A DNA stretch of 64,000 nucleotides from an uncultured Treponema sp. (GTDB lineage Bacteria > Spirochaetota > Spirochaetia > Treponematales > Treponemataceae), in the NCBI GenBank assembly GCA_946615905.1, contig CAMOIE010000001.1:44318-108317 (forward strand). Direction: 5' to 3'. Each line of letters opens with the position of its first letter. The stretch's first letter is position 1. The position numbers and the translations under genes are program-made. Under the pieces are notes generated by a model that saw nothing but the letters and a program-made list of their open reading frames with translations, ran no database searches and had not been told where the DNA came from. Shown piece after piece: positions 56,256 to 64,000 of this stretch.

Positions 56256-57784
56256 CGCTCGTCTCCGTCAAAACGGTTTTCCCACCTCTTTCGGCTGGCT
56301 TTCATCTCAAGCTGAACAGGAATTCTGTCAAAGCCCAAGTCGGTGCGGATTTTGTTTTTCAGGTAAGTCACGTAGGACTGGGGGACGTTTTCCGGCGATG
56401 TTGCGAAAATCAAAAATGAAACCGGATTCGTGCTTGTCTGCGTGGCGTAGCGGATTTTAAAGTGAATCGCCTTTGTCGCTGGCGGCGGATAATGGAAAAG
56501 CCAGTCTTTCAATGCGGCGTTCAATGCGGCTGTCTCAACCTTTTTGGTCAGCTGATGGTAAACATCGATAGCCGTGTCCATCAAAGCCTTGATTCCGTCT
56601 CCGTTCAGGGCGGAAAGGGGGAGAATCGGTGCCCAGTTCATCTGACCGAACATAGTCTTGACGTATTCGACTGTGTTGCGCAAAGTCTTGCGGCTCTGGT
56701 CCTGGGTGTCCCACTTGTTCAAGACGAAAATGATTCCGCGTCCGCGCTCGTAGGCCAGAGAGCAGATTTTTTTGTCCTGTTCGGCAAGTCCCTCCTGTGC
56801 GTCAATCATAAGGAAAACTACGTCGCAGTCGTCCAAAGTTTTGATTGCCCGGTTGACTGAATAATATTCCACGTTCTCTGTGACTTTCTTTTTGCGGCGG
56901 ATTCCGGCTGTGTCCAAAACGATAAAGTCCCTGTTGTTGAATCTGAAAGAGCCTTCGACGACATCGCGGGTGGTTCCGGCGTAGTCAGAGACAATTGAAT
57001 TTTCCGTGTGGGTCAGGCGGTTGCTCAAAGTTGACTTGCCTGTGTTGGGCTTTCCGAGAATCGCAATTTTTATCGGACGCTCCTGCTCAGTTCCTTCCGT
57101 GACGCGGGAGAAATCAAGGTCGGAGACGATTTTTTCCGCCAGCTCGCTGATTCTGTCGCCGTGGTCTGCGGAGACAAAGAGCATGTCCTTAAATCCGTAC
57201 TGCAAATAATTCCACGCGATTGACTCGTCTTTGCCGCCCTCGCACTTGTTGATTACTGTCAGAACCTTGCTCCAATAGGGACGCAAAACCTGAAGGAATT
57301 CCTCGTCCTCACCTGTGAAAAGTCCGGCCTCCAAAAGGAAAATGATTTTGTCAGCTTTTTTGAGCATTGAGAGGGTTTTCTCAACTACGAGTTCGTCCAT
57401 CTCGGCTTCGCGTGAACCGATGTCACGGTCAAGTTTGAAGCCGCCTGTGTCCATCAGGTGGACGGGTTTTCCTGCGATAAAGGCTGTGCCTTCAACAGGG
57501 TCGCGTGTAACGCCTGGGGTCGGGTCGACTATGGCAAGGCGTTTTTTCATAAAGCGGTTGAAAAGCGTTGACTTGCCGACGTTGGGGCGGCCTGCGATTA
57601 CGACAAGCGGGAGGTTGAAATATGTTTTTTTGGGGTCAAATTCCTGAGATTCAACGTCTTCTTGAGAATCCGATTCGTCAGTCTCTTGAGTTTCTTCAAT
57701 AATCTGTGATTCTTCTTCGATAGGGGCTTGTGAAACTTGAGGCTTCGGTTTTGAAAAATCGGGCTTTTTGCGGGTTTTCTTCAT
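56252..57784 (-). CDS. der: Ribosome biogenesis GTPase Der (EngA)
   Basis: Two G domains: GRPNVGKS/DTGG/NKCE and GKPNTGKS/DTAG/NKWD, then a KH-like C-terminus. Confidence 0.96.
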   Translation of the reverse strand: MKKTRKKPDFSKPKPQVSQAPIEEESQIIEETQETDESDSQEDVESQEFDPKKTYFNLPLVVIAGRPNVGKSTLFNRFMKKRLAIVDPTPGVTRDPVEGTAFIAGKPVHLMDTGGFKLDRDIGSREAEMDELVVEKTLSMLKKADKIIFLLEAGLFTGEDEEFLQVLRPYWSKVLTVINKCEGGKDESIAWNYLQYGFKDMLFVSADHGDRISELAEKIVSDLDFSRVTEGTEQERPIKIAILGKPNTGKSTLSNRLTHTENSIVSDYAGTTRDVVEGSFRFNNRDFIVLDTAGIRRKKKVTENVEYYSVNRAIKTLDDCDVVFLMIDAQEGLAEQDKKICSLAYERGRGIIFVLNKWDTQDQSRKTLRNTVEYVKTMFGQMNWAPILPLSALNGDGIKALMDTAIDVYHQLTKKVETAALNAALKDWLFHYPPPATKAIHFKIRYATQTSTNPVSFLIFATSPENVPQSYVTYLKNKIRTDLGFDRIPVQLEMKASRKRWENRFDGDER

Positions 57785-57840
57785 ATTCAATTAGTGTATC
57801 AGATTTGTTTGAAAATGTATATTTGATTTAATCTCGCCTT

Positions 57841-57871
57841 GATAGTGAGCCGCGTTAGCGGCGAACCAATC
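57841..57871. repeat. REP-like TGAGC..CGAA variant
   Basis: GATAG-TGAGC-CGCGTTAGCG-GCGAA-CCAATC, the same core frame as the 378-400 and 20926 units. Confidence 0.45.
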
Positions 57872-57921
57872 CGTGTGATTCTCACCCGCTATGCGGAAAA
57901 CCGGCAAGATGAAAAATGAAT

Positions 57922-58021
57922 TGCGCCACGGGACCGGAGGGTTGCCGAAGGCAAGTGCAGGCGAGGCCTGCACCGAGGGCACTGAAGCCCGGAGGCCACG
58001 CTTGCAGACAGACTTGCGCCC
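57922..58021 (+). repeat. Structured intergenic element copy G (Flavo-1-like)
   Basis: TGCGCCACGGGACCGGAGGG-[TTGCC GAA GGCAA]-[GTGCAGGC GAG GCCTGCAC]-GAGGGCACTGAAGCCCGG...TGCGCCC-A7; colinear with copy C. Confidence 0.75.
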
Positions 58022-58041
58022 AAAAAAAAGAACTTTTGGAA

Positions 58042-58701
58042 CTATTCTGATTTTGAGAGAGTCTTGTACCAAATTCTGCATTCGAGGGCGGCAAATAAAA
58101 TCGCTGCGAAAGTAAAATATCTAAAGTCGTTTTCAAAGGCGGCAAAAAAGTTGTAAAGTCCGTGAATTACCGCGGCATAAACAAAAGGTAGGATTCTGAC
58201 CTTTTTATTTTTGAAAGACCAAATGTAAAGGCCGCTCAAACCTGCACAAAATGCGTGGATAAAAACTGCCGTTGCAGAGCGGATTACGATAAGCTTGTAC
58301 ATTTCATCGGCAAAAATGTTTTGACCTGATTGCAAGGCATTTAAAAGATAGATTACGGACTCAAAAGTTCCGAGGGCAAATCCGCAGAGCAAAGTCAGCG
58401 TAAAGAAAACTGCAAGCGAATGTTTTTTTTGCGGAATCAGGAACATAAAAGCCATTTTGAGAGTTTCTTCAATTAGACCGTTAAAAATAATCGCTGTGAC
58501 TAAAACCGCCAACAGAGAAGATCCCTGAAAAATCGGCAGATTCAGAACGAAATATTGGATGAAGGCGGTCGGAAAAACTGTAATTAAGGCGATTATGCAT
58601 GACCAAGCACACAAATAGAATTTCTGGCCGGGGACAAGAATCAAAAATAGAAGAAAGATTGTCAAAAGAGGCAGAAAATTCAAAAGTAAAAGATAATACA
58701 T
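58042..58701 (-). CDS. PrsW family glutamic intramembrane protease
   Basis: IEETLK, GF..G.FES, IHAF and IHGLYN motifs. Confidence 0.85.
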   Translation of the reverse strand: MYYLLLLNFLPLLTIFLLFLILVPGQKFYLCAWSCIIALITVFPTAFIQYFVLNLPIFQGSSLLAVLVTAIIFNGLIEETLKMAFMFLIPQKKHSLAVFFTLTLLCGFALGTFESVIYLLNALQSGQNIFADEMYKLIVIRSATAVFIHAFCAGLSGLYIWSFKNKKVRILPFVYAAVIHGLYNFFAAFENDFRYFTFAAILFAALECRIWYKTLSKSE

Positions 58702-58717
58702 GATTTTTTTCCGTAAA

Positions 58718-59383
58718 TTATTTTTTTAAGTACGAGCAAAGCTGGTCAACGGTGGCGTTCAATTTTGAAAAATCCGGTTCATCAGAAGCGAGGTCTGCAA
58801 AAAGGGAGCCGGCTGAAGAATCTGGATTTTTGCGGATGCTTTCTTTTTTGTGGGCGAGAAAATTGTCCAACGAGTCGCGGAGGGCTGAAACAAAGGTCTT
58901 TGACCATCTATCGTAAGAATCAATTGAATCTTGGGCGATTTTTCCTGCCGCTGCCAGACTTTCCAAAGCGACCTTCGATCCGTAAATCATCCGGTCGCGG
59001 GTTTTGGCAACGATTCTTTGTGCTTCGGACGAAAAATATTTTTCACTTTCCAAGAAAATATAAATTTGGAACAGGGGTTCCCGAGAAAAAATTTTGAACC
59101 AGCGGTTTACGATTCCCTTGAAAATCACTTCTGTCGGATACTTTTTTGCCGCCGCATCGATTTCTGTCGGGATGAAGGTTGTTTTTTCAAGACTTTCAGA
59201 GCAGTAGCGGAGGGTATCTTTGATTATTGCGTCTCGGCTCTCGTAATGGTTGTAAAGAGAGGCCTTTTTGATTCCCAATTTTCCAGCAATATCGGCAAGG
59301 GATGTTCCGCCCACGCTTGAATCGAAGGAAGATTCCAAAAGAGACTGAATTATTTTTTCTTTAGAAACTTTTACGGACGGCAC
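58718..59383 (-). CDS. TetR/AcrR family regulator
   Basis: SLADIAGKLGIKKASLYNHYESRDAI helix-turn-helix; GTG start. Confidence 0.9.
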   Translation of the reverse strand: MPSVKVSKEKIIQSLLESSFDSSVGGTSLADIAGKLGIKKASLYNHYESRDAIIKDTLRYCSESLEKTTFIPTEIDAAAKKYPTEVIFKGIVNRWFKIFSREPLFQIYIFLESEKYFSSEAQRIVAKTRDRMIYGSKVALESLAAAGKIAQDSIDSYDRWSKTFVSALRDSLDNFLAHKKESIRKNPDSSAGSLFADLASDEPDFSKLNATVDQLCSYLKK

Positions 59384-59406
59384 GGTAAACCTTTTTTTTG
59401 AAAATT

Positions 59407-59449
59407 AACTAACAGTCATTAGTTTATAAGTCGCATTATGGATTGTCAA
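59407..59449 (-). promoter_or_regulatory. tetR promoter with overlapping palindromic operator
   Basis: TTGACA (59449-59444)-17 nt-TAAACT (59426-59421); AACTAA-N6-TTAGTT at 59407-59424 overlaps the -10 box and start site. Confidence 0.6.
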
Positions 59450-59539
59450 CTGAAAATATGATAGAGTGATTTTAATCGCAGTTGCTTTCTAAAGCCTGCA
59501 ACTGCGATTCGCACCACCGAGGCTTTTACGGAGGAAAAA

Positions 59540-60535
59540 ATGAAAAAACTTCGCGTTCTTTATGCTGGAAGCCCCCTTGCTTCTGCGATTGTCCTCAAAA
59601 ATCTTATTGAAGACTCTGCAAAATGCGGAAAATACGAAATTGCCGGAGTTTTGACAAATCCTCCGTCTGCAAAAGGCCGTCACAAGGAGTTGATTCCAAC
59701 TGACGTTCAAAAGTGCGCGGAAATCAACGGAATTCCAGCATTCTCTTTTGAACATTTGGACTCTGCCGCCCGTGAAAAAATATCCCCGCTGGCCTGCGAT
59801 ATTCTCGTTTGTTTTGACTACGGACACATTTTCGGCCCCAAATTCCTCGGACTTTTCCCCCTCGGTGGAATCAATTTGCATCCGTCTGCCCTGCCAAAAT
59901 ACCGTGGCTGCACTCCCGTTCCTGCCGCGATTTTAAATGGAGACTCAGAGCTTGGTATTTCCGTACAGAAAATTTCTTTAAAAACTGATGAGGGCGACTT
60001 GCTCAGTCAGATTTCAGTCGGGCTTGCCGGAACCGAGACAACAGAGAGCCTTATGGACGGTAACGGCAGCGAAAGCGTAGTCACGAAAAACGGAACGCTG
60101 ATGTTCACGAATATCTTGCAGAATATCGCGGATTCAGAGAAAGACGGAAAATTCACTATGCCAGCTGCAAATCCACAAAATGGAGAGTCTTCTTATACTG
60201 ACTTCATCAAAAAGGAAGACGGAATAATCGATTGGAGCGAAAACGCACAAATCATCGACAGAAAAATCCGGGCATATACGCCTTGGCCCCTCTGCTCGAC
60301 TGAATGTAACGGTGTGAAACTGACTATTTTAAAATCCGCCTTGGATCCTGACAAAAAAACTGACGCTGCCCCTGGAACTGTCCTGCCATACGAAAAGTCA
60401 GTCGGTGTGCAGATTGCCTGCGGAGACGGAAGCGTTTTGATTGCGAAGGAACTCCAGTGGCAGGGTAAAAAAGCCATGGCCTACAAGGATTTTATGAACG
60501 GGGCCAGAAACTTTACGGGCAGTCAGCTAAAGTAG
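59540..60535 (+). CDS. fmt: Methionyl-tRNA formyltransferase
   Basis: INLHPSALPKYRG.TP, D.GD, KKEDG.IDW and IRAYTPWP motifs. Confidence 0.95.
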   Translation: MKKLRVLYAGSPLASAIVLKNLIEDSAKCGKYEIAGVLTNPPSAKGRHKELIPTDVQKCAEINGIPAFSFEHLDSAAREKISPLACDILVCFDYGHIFGPKFLGLFPLGGINLHPSALPKYRGCTPVPAAILNGDSELGISVQKISLKTDEGDLLSQISVGLAGTETTESLMDGNGSESVVTKNGTLMFTNILQNIADSEKDGKFTMPAANPQNGESSYTDFIKKEDGIIDWSENAQIIDRKIRAYTPWPLCSTECNGVKLTILKSALDPDKKTDAAPGTVLPYEKSVGVQIACGDGSVLIAKELQWQGKKAMAYKDFMNGARNFTGSQLK

Positions 60536-60585
60536 AGTCGAATACTTCTATTGAAAAAGCCTCCTTAAAATGCTATTTTGGGGAG

Positions 60586-61635
60586 GTGAAAAACTTTAAC
60601 CTCAAAGAGAAAATCAAAAATTTTAACATAAAGAATTGCCGGGTTGATTTTGAAGAAAGCATGGAAAAACTCCAGTACAACGGAAAAGCTCTCTTTTTGA
60701 CCGTTTTATTTGCCCTGGTTTTTATGTTTTTGGTCTGTTTGACCGTTTTCTTTATGACCGTAAAAGGTGCGGAAAAAGTCCTCGTTCCGAATGTCGAAGG
60801 AAAAGAACTGACTTCTGCCCTGATTGAAATGCAGCAAAAGGAACTTTATCCCAAAATTCAGCTGCGCTACACAGATAATCCAGAAGACGCGGGAAAAATC
60901 TTGAACCAGAGTCCTGATGCCGGGGCAATCGTAAAGGCCGGAACCCGCGTCAGCCTGACAGTGAGCCGTGGTGTGATTATCGACCATGTGGAAAATTACG
61001 TCGGCTTGAACTATGACGATGTTAAAATCAAATTGCAGACTTTGTTCTCCGGTTCTGGCAAGCAGTTGATTCTTTTGGCAAGTCCTGTTTATAAGGCTGA
61101 CCAGTCAGAGGCAGGAACAATTCTTGAGCAAGACCCGCCGGAAGGAACCAGTATTTCTGACCCAGTTACAGTCCAGCTTATTGTCAGCCGTGGTCCTGCT
61201 TATGATAGCACGAAAGTTCCTGATTTGACCGAAAAATCAATTTCTGATGTGCTTGCTGAGATGGCCAATACGAAACTGGTCTTTGATTTTACTTCTCATG
61301 CGGCAGCAGCGAATGAAATCCCAGGAACCGTAACTTCAATTCAGAAATTCAGTTCAGAATTTGTGAATAATTATACACATGTCATTGTTGACTTGGCTTT
61401 GCCCACAAAAGCTTCCGGGGACACGCGCTATGGAATCTTCACACGGGAAGTTGCGAAATATCCTTATGCGGTGACAATGACTTTAAAAGCCGTACCAGAA
61501 GAAGGTCAGCCCTACACATTGGTGACAATTGATCATACTGGTGGAAAAGTCACAATTCCTTATGCGGTTCAAAAGGGAACAGAACTGATTTTCTCAGTTG
61601 CTGGAAAAGAAGTCGCACGCGAAACAGTGAGATAG
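60586..61635 (+). CDS. PASTA-domain membrane protein
   Basis: TM helix then VPNVEGK..., G.ILNQSP..G..VK, VENYVG and G.ILEQDP repeats. Confidence 0.88.
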   Translation: MKNFNLKEKIKNFNIKNCRVDFEESMEKLQYNGKALFLTVLFALVFMFLVCLTVFFMTVKGAEKVLVPNVEGKELTSALIEMQQKELYPKIQLRYTDNPEDAGKILNQSPDAGAIVKAGTRVSLTVSRGVIIDHVENYVGLNYDDVKIKLQTLFSGSGKQLILLASPVYKADQSEAGTILEQDPPEGTSISDPVTVQLIVSRGPAYDSTKVPDLTEKSISDVLAEMANTKLVFDFTSHAAAANEIPGTVTSIQKFSSEFVNNYTHVIVDLALPTKASGDTRYGIFTREVAKYPYAVTMTLKAVPEEGQPYTLVTIDHTGGKVTIPYAVQKGTELIFSVAGKEVARETVR

Positions 61636-61636
61636 A

Positions 61637-62551
61637 ATGGAAGAACAAGAAAAAACAGAAATCGGCCCAAAATCTGGCCTCGTCACGATTATCGGTCGCC
61701 CGTCAGCAGGAAAATCAACTTTTTTGAATACTGCGGCAGGCGAGCAGGTTTCGATTGTATCTGCAATTCCGCAGACGACCCGTAACGCAATCAAGGGAAT
61801 CGTAAATACTTCCCTCGGTCAGCTGGTCTTTGTTGATACTCCAGGCTACCACGATTCAGAAAAAAAGATGAATCTGAAGATGCGCAAAATCGTTGCCGAC
61901 CAGCTTGAAACTTCAGATGCGGTTTTGTACGTAATCGACACGACCAGAAAATGCGGTGAAGAGGAAAAACTAATCACGGATTTGCTCAAGGACTATCAGA
62001 CTAAAACTGTTGTCGCCCTGAATAAAATCGATGAAAAATCCTCTAGAATGGATGACGGAAAATCTTTCGTAAGGACGGAACTTGACGGAATCCCGGAAGA
62101 GAGAATTTTTGAGATTTCGGCAAAGGACGACAAGGGAATCAATGAAGTTCTAAAATCTCTTTATGAGCTTTCTCCTGAAGGCCCCCACCTTTACCCAGAT
62201 GATTTTTACACTGACCAGGAAGTCGATTTCAGAATTGCGGAGGTTGTCCGAGGCGAAGCGATTAACCGCCTGGAGCAAGAAATTCCACATGCGATTTACG
62301 TTAAAATCGCTGATTTGGAGATGAAAAAGCCGAATCTTCTTTGGTGCCGGGCATTTTTATGTGTGGAAAAGGAAAGTCAGAAGGGAATTGTAATCGGCAA
62401 GGGCGCGCAGATGATAAAGGCAATCCGCGTTGAGAGCATGAAAAAATTGCGAAAAATCTTTCCTTACCGGGTAGATTTGGACTTGCAGGTGAAAGTCGAC
62501 AAAAATTGGCGTCAAAAAGACGTTGTTTTGGATAAAATTTTTAAGAATTAG
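61637..62551 (+). CDS. era: GTPase Era
   Basis: GRPSAGKST, PQTTR, DTPG, NKID and KGIVIGKGA (KH domain) motifs. Confidence 0.96.
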   Translation: MEEQEKTEIGPKSGLVTIIGRPSAGKSTFLNTAAGEQVSIVSAIPQTTRNAIKGIVNTSLGQLVFVDTPGYHDSEKKMNLKMRKIVADQLETSDAVLYVIDTTRKCGEEEKLITDLLKDYQTKTVVALNKIDEKSSRMDDGKSFVRTELDGIPEERIFEISAKDDKGINEVLKSLYELSPEGPHLYPDDFYTDQEVDFRIAEVVRGEAINRLEQEIPHAIYVKIADLEMKKPNLLWCRAFLCVEKESQKGIVIGKGAQMIKAIRVESMKKLRKIFPYRVDLDLQVKVDKNWRQKDVVLDKIFKN

Positions 62552-62563
62552 GAACTTTTGAAT

Positions 62564-62878
62564 ATGACATTGAACAGTAAACAGCGTAAATTTCTCGAAA
62601 AGAATGCTCAGCCCCTTTCTCCAGATGTTTTAATTGGTGGAGCTGGCGTAACAGAGGCTCAAATTGCCCAAATCGACAAAATGCTTGCTGACCATGAATT
62701 GATAAAAGTTAAATTCAACGAATTTAAGGAAGATAAAAAAGAACTGACTGAGCAGATTGTGCAGAAAACAAATTCTACGTTCGTCCGCACAATCGGCAAT
62801 GTTTCAACCCTCTATCGTCCGGCAGAAAAGCCAGCCAATAGAAAGTTTGAAAACGATTTGAAGAAGTTGGAAAAGTAA
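62564..62878 (+). CDS. yhbY: YhbY/CRM-domain RNA-binding protein
   Basis: LNSKQRKFL...A, IG..GVT, HELIKVKF and IG....LYR motifs. Confidence 0.92.
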   Translation: MTLNSKQRKFLEKNAQPLSPDVLIGGAGVTEAQIAQIDKMLADHELIKVKFNEFKEDKKELTEQIVQKTNSTFVRTIGNVSTLYRPAEKPANRKFENDLKKLEK

Positions 62879-64000
62879 TTAGTCTTCTTCCTCGTGCTTG
62901 AGTCCCCAGCCAGTCAGAATCGCAAGCCAGAAGACTAGAAAAAGTGCCATCGAATGGAAGTTGTAGACTACAAATGAAATCGGGTTGTAGCCCTCAGAAA
63001 CGACCCCTGCGGCAATCGCAAGCGAAGCGAGATTAAGACAGCCTGCGTTTGTCGGAACAAGGTAGCCGACTCCGCAACCAAGTCCGTCAACAATATTCGC
63101 GGCTCTTGCACGGTCGATTTTAAATGGCTTGAGCAATTTTCGTACGATCGGGCCGCAGAAAGCAATTGCAGAAGTACCAGAAGAAACCGCGATTCCTACG
63201 ACAGAAACCATTGCACCGGCGGCAATTTCTGCGGAACGGTCTGTCTTTGCCCGTTTGCTCATAAAATTCAAAATTTTGTCTAGGCAGCCCGCATTTTGAA
63301 TCAAACTGACCATCACAAAAATGAAAAGCAAGAAGAGGGATGCCGTAAGCATTGAGTCAAATCCGCTTGCAATCAAGCCTGACTTGTCAAAAAGAGAGGC
63401 GGGAGTTGCGTATCCAAAGCAGAAAAGCATTAAGATTCCCAAAATTTCCGCAATCAAAAGGGAAGTGAAAATGCTGGAGCCTTTGAGCATCAAAATTACG
63501 ACCAAAATCGGCAACAACAAGAAAACAAGGCTTGATGCGTATTCTGCGTTTCCGGCTGCGAGCTGGGCTGAGGCGGGAATAGTCGTTGCGATTCCGAGAA
63601 TCACATACAAAACTGCGGAAATGACTCCCGCGATAATCGAATACTTAAATCTTGATTTTACGACTTTGCCGACATCGATTTCCTGAGAAAGTGAGGATGC
63701 GATTGTCGTGTCTGAAATCGGGGCAAGGTTGTCTCCAAAACAGGCACCGGCAAGAATCGCTCCGCAGACCAAATCAGCCTTGCAGCCCATAGCTACTGCA
63801 AGGGGAATCATCAGGGGACCGGCCGTGTTAATAGAAGAGGCCGCGCTTCCTGTCGCCACAGAAAGAACCACACAAATCAAAAAGCAGAAAAGTGGCATGA
63901 GTTTTGCTGGAAAATGCAGCTTTAAAAGTCCCCACATCAAAGCATCGATTAAGTGTGATGCAGTAAGAATTTTTGCCAAAACTCCGGCTAAAAGCAGACA
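62879..64000 (-). CDS. NhaC-family Na+/H+ antiporter-like transporter, 5'-truncated by window edge
   Basis: Frame is open to the window edge; SVATGS, GAILAGACFGDNLAPISDTTI and SRFKYS motifs. Confidence 0.85.
   Translation of the reverse strand, partial: CLLLAGVLAKILTASHLIDALMWGLLKLHFPAKLMPLFCFLICVVLSVATGSAASSINTAGPLMIPLAVAMGCKADLVCGAILAGACFGDNLAPISDTTIASSLSQEIDVGKVVKSRFKYSIIAGVISAVLYVILGIATTIPASAQLAAGNAEYASSLVFLLLPILVVILMLKGSSIFTSLLIAEILGILMLFCFGYATPASLFDKSGLIASGFDSMLTASLFLLFIFVMVSLIQNAGCLDKILNFMSKRAKTDRSAEIAAGAMVSVVGIAVSSGTSAIAFCGPIVRKLLKPFKIDRARAANIVDGLGCGVGYLVPTNAGCLNLASLAIAAGVVSEGYNPISFVVYNFHSMALFLVFWLAILTGWGLKHEEED

Noticed and set aside
3458-58021. Elements as self-cleaving ribozymes (HDV, twister, hammerhead, pistol) or CRISPR repeats
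   Set aside because: No catalytic core motifs in the right order or pseudoknot topology; copies are dispersed and divergent, not regularly spaced

Overview
64 kb of a bacterial chromosome, most likely a gut or rumen Treponema (Spirochaetota). This is inferred from the M23-bactofilin-YaaR-PSP1 block, the fmt-PASTA-era-yhbY block, the PBP-AraC hybrid regulator and the lipoprotein-type binding proteins. About 55 densely packed CDSs cover housekeeping (carA, pyrC, hisD, aroD-aroE, rpiA, glnA type III, def, fmt, der, era), glycogen and pectin catabolism (glgP, glgX, GH28, CE8), transporters and four c-di-GMP enzymes. I found no tRNA, rRNA, CRISPR array, prophage, transposase or defence island. The most unusual signal is intergenic. 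There are eight diverged ~100-120 nt structured elements (Flavo-1-like) with compensatory base changes, shuffled hairpin modules and many C(GNA)G triloops, and a second REP-like palindrome family is nested in or next to some of them. Other observations: about 12 probable leaderless genes; an orphan promoter-terminator unit upstream of tatD; a consensus sigma-54 promoter for hsp20; an unannotated 53-aa Nif11-like leader-only peptide; a protease-less FtsH; and an Rsm22/METTL17-like protein in the der operon. All family assignments come from motif recognition by eye; no database searches were run.
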